Part shown: one piece after another, positions 14,544 through 29,140 of the stretch
Numbering within the stretch: position 1 is the stretch's first letter
Layout of the letters: the number at the start of each line of letters is the position of its first letter
Source of the DNA: the human T2T-CHM13v2.0 reference genome, Homo sapiens
DNA: 64,000 nucleotides
Reading direction: 5' to 3' (one strand)
NCBI RefSeq assembly: GCF_009914755.1
Contig: NC_060928.1
Position numbers and translations under genes: made by a program
Notes under the pieces: generated by a model
What the model saw: only the letters and a program-made list of their open reading frames with translations
Told to the model about the DNA's origin: nothing
The model's database searches: none

Positions 14544-17147
14544 TTTACAGGCTTTTCTTACCAAAACTATCAGAAGGGAACAAAAAAGAGGAAACCCCTT
14601 TGGCTTCCTCTATGAGGCGATAATCTTGACGCCAATAAAAAGAGTAAAGAAAGAAAAAGGCCAGTTTCATTTATGAATATAGATGTAAAGATCCTTCATA
14701 AAATAATCACAAGCCAAAACAATCAGAACCATCATGGCCTTTCTGGTTTATCCCAGGGATACAAGGATGTTAGAAAACTCTAGTAACGTTATTCATTGTA
14801 TTAACAAATTAAAGGGCAACAAACAGGTCATTAGATGATGGTTAACATTTGTTAAGTTTCAGTATCCACTTACAGGCGTGTGAGTGGATTTTATGAGAAA
14901 AATCTCTTAGCAAAGTAGGAATAGAAGATAATTTTGTTAACTTTCTTACATCATAAACACAAAGGTATTTAATGTTAGGGACAAGACAAGGATGCTTACC
15001 ACTACTGTTTATTTTCAAAATTTTACTGGAGCACTTAAGCAACATAATCCAGGCAAAACAATAAGAAACAGAAGAAATAGAAATGAAGAAATTCATTATT
15101 TCCCAGGCCATATTGTTCTATACACAGAAAATCCAAGAAATTCTGCAAATACTTGAATTTAGAATACAGCAAGGTTGCTGGATACATGACCAATGTACAT
15201 GAATCAGGATCATTCAGCAGCTAAGCATAGCTAGCATTTATTGACCGTTTGGTGCCAGGGACTGATGCAGTGCTTACATTATTTAATCATAAAAACAGCC
15301 CAGTAGGCATATTTGTCCTCATTTTAACAGACTGAACCTGTGGCTTGGAGCATTAAGTAACTTGCCAAACGTTATACAGGTAGTAAGTTAGGCAAGCCTG
15401 GTACTACAACCCAAATCTGTGTGACCCCAAAGCCCGTCATGGTTTTAACCACTGGGTACTCTCACGTCCTGCCAGTAATTGTAAGGAACGTGATGATAAC
15501 ACCACTTTGCTCCTGGCCTCAACTTCCTTTTTACTTTGATATTTTAAGTGGTATTTTTAATAGGAAAAAAAAAAAAACATTCTTACACCCTCAAGTTGTA
15601 TAGACAACATGGATAAACTAATGGAATTAAGATAAATTAATTGTACTAGGAGAATTTCAGGATATTCTGGAATAAATCTAGATAGTGATGGCCGATGTCA
15701 GAAGAGGTGTGTGAGGAGAACTGGTGGAAGTCACAGGCGCCCAGCAGGACCAGGGCCCAGGGTTCAGTCGCAGGGCAACGCCCAATCCCTGTTCTGCTCA
15801 CGAGCTGCCCGCTGGGACGCCGAGTTCTGCGGTGTCTCAGAGCGCAGCTTCACCCAGGGGCTCCACGTCTCCTGAGTGCTCATGAAGGGAAGAGAGGCCT
15901 GATTGATTTCTTCAATGTAGAGACCAGAGCCCAAGCAATACTGTACAATCCAGTTGCCTCAGTATTGCCCTTGAAAATGGATTTCACGTTCATTCTAACA
16001 GCAGCAGGAACTATAGCCACCCTTGCTGCTGCTGCTGCTGTAGCAACATTATTAATAGTAAAAAATCTAAGTTATTTAAAGAAGTGGACAACTAGGGATA
16101 ATCAGAATACTAAAGAATCTAGTAAACAAAACAAACAAACAAAAAAACACGCCTGTTTTCAAGATGGATACCAAAATGGAACAGGAAAACACACAAAGAA
16201 TTGGATGAGAAGGAACAGAGACTAGATGAAGAGGACGGGGAGGAACAGGGAACAGACCAAGGACTGGCAGAGAAGGAACAGGGCACACACGTAAAAGTGA
16301 ACGAAAAGCAACAAGACAGCCAAATTTCTTAAGTGTAACATAAAACTTGGTTAATTACAGACAGGCAACACATGCCGATCAAACCAAGAGGGAGGGCGCT
16401 GGACCACACTGGGCTCTTTTTTGAGGACCACAGGGCAGCGGCTGGAGGCTAAAGCACAGACTTGGCTGGTGTGAGTGGCACACTTAATTAAGGTCACTTT
16501 CCTGTAAAACTGGTTTCCAGAGACAAGGGTCAGCGGCGGGGCCAGCATCTTTTAGAAAGGTGTGAGGAAAGGTACGTGGAGGGAAAGTTGTCAGTGTGAT
16601 CTTATTTCTTGACAGAAGTTTGACTTTTGATATTTCAAATCCTGCTGATGAAAAAAGAAAAAAACCTAACATGTGCTCATCCCGCTTTCGCACAAGAGTC
16701 TGTCCCGGGCTCGGCAGCTCCCCCGGGGCTGGACAGGGCGGAGCGGCGGACGTCGGACAATGCGCGCCACCTCACAGAGCCGGGCGCGGCGGGCCTCCAG
16801 CCACAAGGGGAGGGCGCCGGGCTGCACATGGGCCCCTCGGGGAGGCGAGGCCTGCGGGCGAGCCCTTCTGAGGGCAGGGGGTGAGGGGGCGGCGCCCGCC
16901 AGCCAGGACAGCATCCTGCCGCCGTGACAAGCACGCCTCCGGTTGCCAAAACAACCCAAAAATGTGCCTCAAAACACGTTCGCAAAGCCCCGGGCCGGCC
17001 GGTCGCCTGCCTCTCACCTAGCCCGACCGCCCGACGTCCTACTGCCGAGCGAGGGCGAGCAAGCCAATGTGCCTAGCCTCCTTTCCCCGATCCTCCCCGC
17101 CCCGCCTTCCCGCTTCTCCCGCCCCCGGATAGCTCAGCAGCCTCCAT

Positions 17148-17167
17148 TTTCCAGATCTTTCTCGAAC
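17148..17167. promoter_or_regulatory. Heat shock element (4 alternating nGAAn units, one imperfect)
   Basis: tTTCcaGATctTTCtcGAAc, about 400 bp upstream of the ATG of an Hsp110 gene. Confidence 0.75.
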
Positions 17168-17419
17168 CCGCAGCTTCTTGGGCAGCCGTTGCCCGAGTGC
17201 TGACGGAAGCGGCCGAAGTCCGGGCCCGGAGCTGGCTCGGGCGCGGAGCGGAGGCTCGCGCGCCTCCCGGGCAGCCGAGCGCGCAGGCGCAGGTCCCAGT
17301 AACCGCCGGTTGGAGGCGGCCGAACCGCAGTAGGGAAAGACCCAGGCTGCGGGACGCGGTGCAGGCTGCGGCGCTGACGGCCTCTGCTCCTTCCGCGGGT
17401 TTCCGACTCCCTGCCCTAG

Positions 17420-17665
<246 letters not shown>

Positions 17666-20311
17666 TAAGTGCCTCTGCTGAGCATCACCTCGACCCTAAG
17701 AAACGTTTTTCTCTCCCGTCCTTAACGTTTGTCCTGTCTGCTCGCTTCCTCGGATTTTCCCCTAACGTGCGCCGAACCCCGAGATGACAGGTGCAACCCG
17801 TCAACCGCAGTCCCTAGAGACCGCCGGGTGGCAGTCGGACTTCCTCGCCCCGCAAAGCTTCTTTTCCTTCAAGGACGAGGGACCGCACTAGTTTGCGCAG
17901 CTCTCTTTTCTGTACCTACGCACGTCCCCTGCCTCGTGCCGCTGTCCCCCAACGCCTCTTTTGCTTGCGAGGAAGAGGTTGCTGTGGGACAGCCCCTGGC
18001 GTCCGGAATATTGAGAAAGATCTCCGGTTGCCTCTAACGAGGTTTACGTGGGATTATCGGCCCCGCGCCAGCTGCCCTCCTTCCTTTCCCCGTCCCTCTG
18101 GGTGACAGCTTTTTCTCAGAAAAGTAAAAAGTCAGCTTCGGCTGCACACGTCAGAGATGAATTGCAGGTTCATCTGGCCCCGAAAGCCTTTTTTTTTTTT
18201 TAAGGGCGGGGAGTGAGGCATGTGGGGTTTTACAAAACCCAGTGCCCTTGAGAACTGCAGGTAATGGAGCCGGTTTACAGGGCCAGGTCAATGGTGCATT
18301 GATAGGGAGAGCCTCGGGATGGGAGTCACTGGCCTTGTGCATTGGTAACTACGTCAGTTGCTGGAATGCGGCGGGGTTGGGTCGGACCAAAAGCGTGTTT
18401 CTGCAGAGTGAATTGCCGGAGTCGGGGGCAGCTGTCCCGTATAAACATGACTGTGGAGTGATTCTATTATGAACGCTTAATGAAAGGCTTAGGAGGAGCG
18501 GCGTTATGTCATGGAAACATGTTTCCACATGTTCCGTTGTTTCTCTGGCCTGGGAAGTTTGTTGGCAAGGAATATAATGAAGTAATTCTGAAATATGAAA
18601 AACTAGTTGCTGCTTATAGGCTGCTGTTACTGGTAATTTTATGAGGAAACCAACTGTATGAAACCTATATTACTTTTTATGGAAAGGTAATTTGGCATCT
18701 TAATTTGACCGTTCTGAATGGTCCAAAATATAATACCTTAACTATACTAAAACAAGGTCAGTGTCCAATGGTCTTTAAATGCCTCATTTACTATTCTATG
18801 GAAAGCTTTAAAATATGGCAAAAAGATGTTGAAGAGTAGCTCACTTGAAGCAGTCTGTGCTTTGATTTCTTTCCAAGAAGATTCTAGAAGGTTTTATACC
18901 TTTTTTCGTAGATGTACACGTTTCTTCTATTGAAATTTTAAACGTTTTGGACGTTTATATTTTCAATACATGGGCATAGATAAGGTAATCCTCAATAATG
19001 TTTGAACTCTTCTACTTTTTACATCTTTTTCTGGCTTTTATGCACAGTGAGAGGCCGAAACAGTAACTGTGAAGTCGATGAATTCGTCTCTACAAGGTTT
19101 TATATTAAGCCACAACAAATACTGGCTTTCGCCAGAAACAGACCGGAAATTCCACTCTCCACCTTCAGCAGAGTAGGGGTTAAAAATGGGAGCAATCTTT
19201 GGCTTCATTGACTCTCAACCTATAGAGAAAAAACTGAGAGGTAGGGTGGACATTCTTTTAGTCCTTAAAGCCATATCCTAAAAGATCAGAAACCAGAACA
19301 GTAAGAAAGATCGATCTGCATTTCCAGGCTGAGAAATCTCTTTAGCAGTGAGTGAACCTGTGATTCTTTAAAGATCCTGGCCGGCCAGACTTAGTTCTTT
19401 AAAAAGTGGGCTTCTAGAGTCTTCTAAAAGTCTCTTTGTTATTGTACTTAGGCATATTCGCTGGTTCTGTGTGGTTGAGAAGTAATGTGATATTTCTGAT
19501 TTGTGTGCTAGAAAGCCAATAGTAATATCTAGATTTAATGAGCCTAATCTAAACTAGAAAGTTCTTAAAAAGTGAAAGGATATTCTCACTTAGCTTGCAT
19601 CAGCAACTCTTCTCTCCATGGCTGGGCACTGTCACTTACCTCAGAAGTGTATCTTTTGTTGTTTCTGAACAAAAGTACTTCATGGTAGTGTAGTGCTCTT
19701 ACACTATGTATTACTTTGTGGGTCCAATTGTTGAGGAAAAACATAGCCCTTCCGGGCCTCAGGACATTTATCCATCAATTCAACACCGATCATGCAAAAA
19801 GCATTGTAACTATTAGATAACCTTTAACTTCTCTAATACACCACAGTATTTAATAACACACATAAATAAAATGTTAGCTTTGCAAATAAAATGTTTTTCA
19901 TATTCCAATTGCTTACATCAAGGTAATGTGACATATTTTCTAAGATGTGAATACATTATAAAATGATCCTATGAAAAGAGGAAAGAAATGTTCAATTTAG
20001 TTGTTTTCAGCATTCATACATTTTACGTTTCTTTCATTAACATATTTGATTGCTTATGGTTGAGAGGATTCCATATAAACCAAGAAGGACAGTTTAATGA
20101 AAAAGAACCAAGTTTTGGCCTATAATTAAGGGACAAAAGACAAGTTAATTTAACCTATTTAATTCAGATTCACCTTCTGTAAAGTTAGAGTGTTTATACT
20201 AGCCTCTCATCTCCTGCATAAGTTGAAGAGGGAGAGAGAAATTAACCTGCATAAATTGAAGAGACAAAATAATTTTCCTGAACATCTTATTGAAAAATTA
20301 TTACATAATAA

Positions 20312-20797
<486 letters not shown>

Positions 20798-21480
20798 TAG
20801 TGTCTGTATAATCATGATAATTTAATCCATAGCCTAATAATTCAGGTTGTTTATGATACTTTGTAAACAGTGTTGCAATAACTATCTTTGTAACTAAATT
20901 TTTGATCCTTCAAGTAAATTCCTAGAAGTAGAATTACTGAGTGTCCACATTTTTAAAGGCCTGGTACATGTCTGCATTGTTACTTAAAACAATTAGAATT
21001 TCCATCCCAGGCTTAAGTATACCAAGGTGATTAGTTTCACACATGGGGAAAAAAATGATAGCCAAGAATCGTCATTAAGTATCAAATTAAAGCGTGTGGT
21101 AAATTGGAATAGTGATTGCTATGTGCTAAGCAAGCATTGTCATATGTATCACAATTCTGTGAGTTTGATCATACTAACTATCTTTTTTTCCGTAAGAAGC
21201 CTAAAGCAAAGTTAAATCACTTGGCCAAAAATTAGTAAAACAATGAATTGGATTCTGTTTCAGGCCTCTCTGACCCTAGAACCCAAATGTCTTTCCAGTA
21301 TCCATTGTTGTAAGGATGGCATATACGTAACTAGGTTAATGATGAAAGGAACAAATTACCTGGTTGAGCAGTTATTGTACAGGAAAGCATCTTTGCTCTA
21401 CCATCAATAAATGTCTAATTTTAGCTAGTTTTTAAGAAATACTATCTTTTTTAAAAACATTATTTTAATAATTCCTAAAA

Positions 21481-21771
21481 ATTTTTTTGACACAGGGTCT
21501 TGGTCTGTTGCCCAGGCTGGAGTACAGTGGTACAGTCATAGCTCACTGCAGCCTTGAGTTCCTGGGCTCAAAGGATCCTCCCACCTCAGCTTCCTGAATA
21601 GCTAGGACTACAGGTGCATGCCACCATGCCACACTAATTTTATTTTTTTCCAACAGAGACAAGGTCTTGCCATATTGCCTAGGCTAGTCTCGAACTCCTG
21701 GCCTCAAGCCATCTTCCCATCTTGGCCTCCCAAAGTGCTGGGATTATAGGCGTGAACCAACGTGCCTGGCC
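21481..21771 (-). mobile_element. AluJ-like
   Basis: Antisense Alu dimer. Confidence 0.85.
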
Positions 21772-23622
21772 AGTAATTCTTTTAAGTTATGTTAAGGACA
21801 TGTAAAAATCTTACTTTGTTTTTAAAATTCATAAAAAATACATACAAAACATATTAGTGTAAACATTTGGAGAAAAAGTAGTGTGGAAGACAATAAACTA
21901 CTATTAATAATGGATAGATACTTCTCAGAGGTAGAATTATGGAGGAGGTGCTTTTAATTTATAGTCTGTAATTAATACTTTGTAATAGGGAATATGGATT
22001 TTCTTTAAATGAAACTGTGTCAAGATTTTTGTTAGGAATATTTTATCATCAAAATTCTTTATGATTCTTCAATATTCAGTTCTCTGGTTTTCTATCTTAT
22101 TTTTTCCTATTTCTTTACTAGCATATGAATAATCTGGAAATATGGGAAAATGCTGTTTAAACACTGTTTCAGATGAGTGAGACCCCTCTTAAATGCATGA
22201 AAATAGAAATCACTTTGGTGCACTGAAAACAACAGCACATAGAAAATGCCAAATCGGGGGGTTAACTGTGGCTATAATAGATGGGCATTTTCTGGTGATG
22301 GCAGTTTGGGATGAAGAAGAGGCTTTTACCTTTTTTTGTTAAATATTCTTTTTACTACATGAGTTGGTTTTATATGTTTTACTATTTGAGCTTATATTTT
22401 ATTTAAAATATTTTAAATGCTGAAGAATTACACAAAGTAAGTCTCCCCCTTCATCCCTTCCCAACCACATCCTAAAGTTTGATTTATGTTTCTAGCTATA
22501 CAAGTATGTGATTATATGTACATAACTGGGATTTTTTAACAAAAGCAGAATTACATTACATTCTGCTTTCATTAAAAAATAGTTTTTAAGTATTTTGCAA
22601 ATTGCTTTCTTTTCACCTCAAAATATTGTGGACATCTCAAACTTATGGCTCTAATTTACTTCATTCTTTTTGCTAGCTGTATAGTATCCCATTGATACAG
22701 TGACTGTTTTGGACATTTCAAGTTAATATTTTGCTAGCGACATATAAAAATTCAGTGAATACCTTTGCTTTTTTTAAATCAAATTTGCTGAGATGAGTGA
22801 AAAGCCAGGTTATTTCTAAATGTTTAACATTGAACTGACTTCCTTAAGCACTGAAAAAAAAAAGGTTTAATATAGCACTGATAGTCTTTTAATATGTGGT
22901 CATTATAAATTAATGAGTATAGTTGTGTTGTGATGAAACTTTATTTACAAAAATAGGTTGCAGGTAGTGGTAGTTTGCAAACTCCTGGTCTAAACAATTA
23001 TAACCAAAAGAATTTTAACATTGTTACGCATTGATATTTGTGTTTGAACCAAGTGAATTATAGGTAATATGAGTTTTTCAAATAATATATCTAATATAAT
23101 AATTTAATAGTTAAATAATGTATCAAATTTAATGTAGCTAGTATACCTAATCAGCTTTTAAAATATTGTCTACCTATGTAAATATTTGTGTGGTTTCTAC
23201 TAATGGCTTCAAGCTAATTTATTTATGATTACCTTTACTAAGCATTTGAAAACTCTTAAATTATTATTGTTTATATATTGTTAAATGTTTAATTATTTGT
23301 CCATAATGAAAAGCTGAAAGCTTTGTTATTACTAAATCATATGTGCCCAGAAGTCTTATTTTTAAGTAGCAAGCTAGAAAGCAAATTGCAGCAGTGAGTT
23401 TTTTTTAGAGCATTCTTCCCCCTCCCCCTTCTAGGGCAACATTTTTTCCAAATAATTTGAGAAACAATATCCAGATGTTTTCTTTGCTGTAGAATTTTGT
23501 AGATCCCTTAATTTGTTCATAAGCATTGAAATTCTCCAAGAAAGGGATGTTTTTCCCAAGCTTATTTGAACGTCTGAGGAATTATGTTTCATAGAACACT
23601 ATTTGGGAAATGTTGTTCTAGG

Positions 23623-23855
23623 GCAGAGGTTCTCAACTGGAGGTGATTTTGCCTCTGAAGGGATAACTGACAGAATCTGAGATATTTTGGGGTATGTCAC
23701 AACTGAGGTCTAAAGAGGAGGTACTACTGGCATCTAGTGGTTGGAGGCTAGGAATACTCCTAATATCCGACAGTGCATTACAGTACAGCCCCAGTGACCC
23801 AACAAAGAATTATCTGGGCCAAGATGTCAGTAGTGCCAAGGTAGAGAAATCCTGC
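23623..23855. mobile_element. MER20 element
   Basis: cagaggttctcaactggaggtgattttgcc...ctactggcatctagtgg...gtgccaaggtagagaaatcctg. Confidence 0.8.
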
Positions 23856-24369
23856 TCTGTACACATCTTGGCAAGCATAGTTGAAACTATTTGTTCAGCC
23901 TTTGATTTAAACCTATGGATTACAATGATAGCAGAGGGTAAAGAGTAATTGTGATTTTATGGAACTGGCAAGGAAAAGAAAAGGGCTGTTTTTAAAGATT
24001 AGAGAGTGAGGATTGAATCTTAATGGAGAATAATAGGGAGCAAACAAACTTAGTGCTGAGCTTTTAGGCAACAAATCTCTTCTGGTAGTATGTATTTTCT
24101 CCAACCTAATTACGCTTGGCCTTATAAAAATTAGCTTTTTGAGAGAAGAAGAAAATCCTAATTTTAAAGAGAAAATACAGATACAGCTTTCTTAAAGTAG
24201 CATCTTGTCATCTGATTTTTATGCCCCTCTCCTACTAAAAGGAACATAGGACATTTAGAAATCTTCATTGTTTAGAATTTTGTGGTATTTTCTGATAGTC
24301 TGAGATTACCACACAATAGCAAGAGCAGATTGGATATTATAGATTTAAACTGCATTGAAAACCGTCCCT

Positions 24370-24702
<333 letters not shown>

Positions 24703-25789
24703 CTAAATAGTAGTTGAAATAATCAATACAAAGTATAATATAGATTATGCTGTATACACTTGGATAAACTGTATCTTTTTCTGTGAAAACTCTTACATCA
24801 GCCTAATATGTGTTATAATGTGTCTGTTTCCCTTGCTATTACTAATATAAAAGTTTTGAGAGCAAATATGTGTTTAATTTATTTGGGTTTTTCTGAAAAT
24901 ACTTGGCAGGTATTTTTTATTTCATGATTGTAACATCCTGGAATGTATTTGAAAGAAAATCGAAGGAGTTTGAAGGGTGCCTTTATAAAATGGGTTTTCT
25001 ATGTATTTTAAACTGGGCATTTCCAAGCCTGGTTAAATGACAGATTTTTTAACTTTAAAAGTTGTCTGCTTTCAACTTCAGAGAATATCTCATACTGGTA
25101 ACTGTTTAGCTTTCTTTGTGAAGCGATACATGTATGAAACACATTTCAAGGAACCAGCGCTTAATGATAGTTGAATCTGAATCTTCTTTGGCTCTACTGT
25201 TATAACAAAAATTAAACTCTTGAGAATCAACCTACAAATAAGATTTTCAGTGTAGTCAAGTGATGGTAGCCTAGTATTGAAAAATTAGAAGTATTTGAAA
25301 GTGTGTCCAAATAATGGAGTTGGGAGCAAGATGAGTTATAAGGTAGGCTGAGAAATGGCAAACGCATATTTTCTCTAATAGATGAGTTTTAGGATGGAAT
25401 GCCAACATCCACACATTACCAAATTGGATATGTAAATTTTTACTCTGGCAGAGAATATGTTGAATCAAGGAGTTATTTATAAGAGATGTGAAGATGTCAT
25501 CTAAGCCACTGATTCCTGCTATACCCTTATTTTCCTGTTTTTCACCAAATCACAACTAAAGACTAGTAACTTCCATTTCCTCTTTAATTTGACCATCACT
25601 TTTAACATTTCAGTTCTAAATATATATTTGCTTGGATGCCTCAAACTTACCTCAAGCCTAATGTGTTCACAATAGAGTTTGTGACTGTCCTGTCCCCAAA
25701 CCTATCTTTCTTAGAAAATTTTCTGTCTCATTGAGTGCAACTAGAAACCTAGATATTATTACTGTCACTTGCCTCTTCTTACTATCTAG

Positions 25790-26580
25790 TCCAGCACTGT
25801 CCAATAAAAGCATATGAGCTACATAGGTAATTTTAAATGTTTTAATAGAGCCAGGTACAGTGGCTGACACCTGTAATCCCAGCACTTTGGGAGGCCAAGG
25901 CAGGTGGATCACTTGAGCCTAGGAGACTAGCCTGGGCAACATGGTGAAACCCTATCTCTACAAAAAATTTTAAAAATCAGCCAGTAGTCCTAGTTGCTCA
26001 GGAGGCTGAGATAGGAGGATCGCTTGAGCCCTGCAGGTCAAGGCCTCAGTGAGCCAAGATTACGCCACTGCACTCCAGCCTGGGTGACAGAGCAAGACCC
26101 TGTCTCCAAAAAAAAAAAGTTCCAATAATTAAAAAGGCAAAATGAAGCAAGTGAGATTAATTTTAATATATTTTATTTAATTCAGTATATCCAAAATTTT
26201 ATCTCAATATGTAATCAATATTTTTAAATTGAGATATTTTACTTAGTATTAAATTTTTAGAATCTGGAGCACAGATGTCCAACCATTTGGCTTCCCTGGG
26301 CCCCATTGGAAGAAGAAGAATTGTCTTGGGCCACACATAAAATACACTAACACTAAAGATAGCTGATGAGCTAGAAAAAAGGTCCATCCATAATTTTTGT
26401 GATATCTGCCACCACAGACAAAAGAGTCCCTGCATTCAAACGGTTGGACACCCATGGTCTAAAGTTTATTTTGCACTTTATATAAGCACATCTCAATTCA
26501 GACTAGCCACATTTCATGTGCATAATAACCACATATGGCTGGTGGCTAGTGGCTGCCATATGGGATGGTGAAGATCTAGT
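25790..26580. mobile_element. MER33/MER3-like hAT element with nested Alu (+, ~25848-26118) and MER30 (~26270-26455)
   Basis: cagcactgtccaata start; ctagccacatttca...ccacatatggctggtggct end; MER30 motif tgggccacacataaaatacactaacac. Confidence 0.65.
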
Positions 26581-27442
26581 CTGTCACCAAGTCCTTTAAG
26601 TTTCCTCCTGAATATCTCTTCTTTCTTCTTGTGTCCCAGCTGTCACCATCCTGATATAGACTACTGGTAACTTTTTGCTCTCCTCTCATCAGTTAACACT
26701 ACAGTCAATATGATCTCCAACAAACTCTCTACCACTTTTATCCCATCATCATTTACTCTTCCTTAAAATCTTATTTCCTTGGGTAAGCCTTTCCTGACTC
26801 TCCTCCTCTAGGTTAATTCTTGCTGTTACAAACTTTTATAGCACCATGTTCACCTTCTGTTATAGCACCTAGTTTACTTTCTTTTGTGTGAGTCTATAGC
26901 ATTGTGAGATCCAAGAGAGCCAAAACCATGTTTTCTTTCATTATTATATCCCTAGCAACTAACAGTGTGCCAGGCATATAGTAATTATTAACAAACATCT
27001 GTTAAATTGACTAAATTAACTTTTTAACTGTTTGCTTTCTCTGAAAATCCAGTAGTCCCCAGCAGAACAGTGTTTTGTTCAGCCCTTGGAAAGCACTGCT
27101 CTGGAATATTGCCTCTCCAGTTTGTATTATGTATCAGTATGTAGGGTCCTCTCCATTATTCAGAAACATTTAATGAATCCTCATTGAAATTTAATCCTCA
27201 TTAACTGAATAAATTTTAAGATTATAATCTGGCACCTGAGACCCTATATAATCTGGCCTTGATACTATCTTATCAAATTGTCCTATGAAACTAGCCAAGT
27301 TGTATTCTTTTTGTTTTCTCCCTGGCTGAGTCCAAATTATATTCTTCTAGTCCTCAAATGAGCATTACCTTAGGAACCATTATTCCATTCATTATGTAGC
27401 TTTATTATGTCCTTGAAAAAGATCTAGGCTAGAAGATCTAGG

Positions 27443-27630
27443 CTAGTGCTATCCAGTAGAACTTTCTGTGGTATATTTGTTCTTGTATATTCAGTTCTCT
27501 GTATATCTGCTAGCCACATGTGGCTGTTGAGCACCTGAGATGTGACTAGTCCTGAGAAACTGAATATTCTAGTTAATTGAAATTGTACTAGCACCACATG
27601 GCTTGTGGCTACCATATTAGATAGTGCAGA
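27443..27630. mobile_element. MER3-like element
   Basis: ctagtgctatccagtagaactttctg...gccacatgtggctgttgagcac...gtggctaccatattagatagtgca. Confidence 0.7.
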
Positions 27631-27639
27631 TCAAGGCAG

Positions 27640-28180
27640 TGGATACCTGTTACCTTGCCTTCATAGAGTTCACGTTCTGGCTTCTGGTACTGAGATACAG
27701 TCACTAAATGAATTGTATCAGATGGTAATACATACTATGGAGAAAAATAAAATTGGGTTAACAGTGTGAGGTATGTGTTGGGGAGGAGCAGGAATGTTTT
27801 TTATATAGGATGGTGAGGATAGGTGTTTCTGATAAGCTGACATTTGAGCAGAGACCTGAAAGGAGTGAGAGCACCAGCCACATGGATGTATTTTCTGAAC
27901 ACTTCAGAAAGAGAGAACAGCATTTACAAAGGCCCTGAGGCAAAAGGGTGCTTGGCATATTCTAGAAATAGCAAGGAGACCAGTGTGCCTAGATTGAATT
28001 TGCAGGGTAGAGCAGCCAAGGACTGGACCATGAAAGGCCTTATTGGCTGTTAGGGGGACCCAAGCTTTTACTTTGTGAGATAGGGCACCATTGGAGGATT
28101 ATTTCATCATCAGAGAACAGCAGAGTTTCATGATCTTAGTTTTTAAGTGGATCACTTTGGCTACTATATGGAGAACAGAC
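27640..28180 (-). mobile_element. L2 remnant (similar L2 pieces near 510-820, 4600-4940, 26570-27010, 50660-51250)
   Basis: gacatttgagcagagacctgaa...aaaggccctgaggca...gcaaggagaccagtgtg...gatcactttggctac. Confidence 0.7.
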
Positions 28181-29082
28181 TTACATACCTATATATCAGG
28201 AATGTCTATTTCTGCAAGACAAATAGATATTAAATGTTTTCCCTCAAGTCCTAATTCAAGAAGTCACCTCTCTTATCTAGAAGTAATTATTCTCTTCTTT
28301 GCTAGTATTATTCATAATTCTATATATTCTATTGATTTTTTTTCAATAGACTATACATTCTCCAAGACAGGTATTGTGACTTGTATACATGGAGTGCCTA
28401 TAAATGTTTGTTGATTGAATGTAGTTTTCTGTAGTTATAACTGAAATCACAGAAACATTTTCTTGAATCATAACATTAAATGGTATTTTGATGAAGATGT
28501 TATTCTGTGCTTGCTCTGTGTTATTATTCCATGCTATTACATTTAAATGTGGTAATTAAAATACAAGAATTTACATAATGTTTACTATGTGCCAATTATT
28601 GTTCAAAGCATTTACCTATATCCATTCTCTTAATTCTCACATAACCATATGAGCAGATATTATCACAATCTTCCAGACAAGAAGCTGAAGCACCCAGTGG
28701 TTATGTAATTTCCACAAGGTTAAGTGGCAAAGCCAGGATTTAGCCTTTTTAACTGTTTACCTTCCCTGAAAATCCATTGGTCAACACGGTTGAGTTTTCT
28801 TTTAATGGGTCATAGATCAGTGTAATTTGAAAAACAATTTTGGAGATCAACATTGTATTGCCAGCTATTAGGACTTTTTTAAAAAATTGTAACATTTATT
28901 CTGACCACCATTTTATTATATAGGGAAACTTTAAAATAAATTTTTGATTTGCATAACCTATTTTTAAAATAATATATGGTTATATTTCTCCTTTTAAATT
29001 CATTTTCTTATAAGGAGAAGCAAAATAATAGCACAATAATATAAAAGTACCATGGAACAAACTTTTTGTTTTTCTGGTTTAG

Positions 29083-29140
29083 GGCCTGTATATCATTGGG
29101 ATCAAGAACTCGAGCCATTGGAAATGCAGCAAAGAGCCAG
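29083..29140 (+). CDS. HSPA4L: HSPA4L exon 2
   Basis: tttag|G ACISLGSRTRAIGNAAKSQ |gtaaat; frame continuous with exon 1. Confidence 0.96.

Noticed and set aside
15651-15675. GAA/TTC-rich stretch resembling a second heat shock element
   Set aside because: Pentamer spacing is off by one base; only two units are in register
18168-18260. 93-nt AG...GT cassette in intron 1 that would keep the frame
   Set aside because: No polypyrimidine tract and an in-frame TGA at 18214
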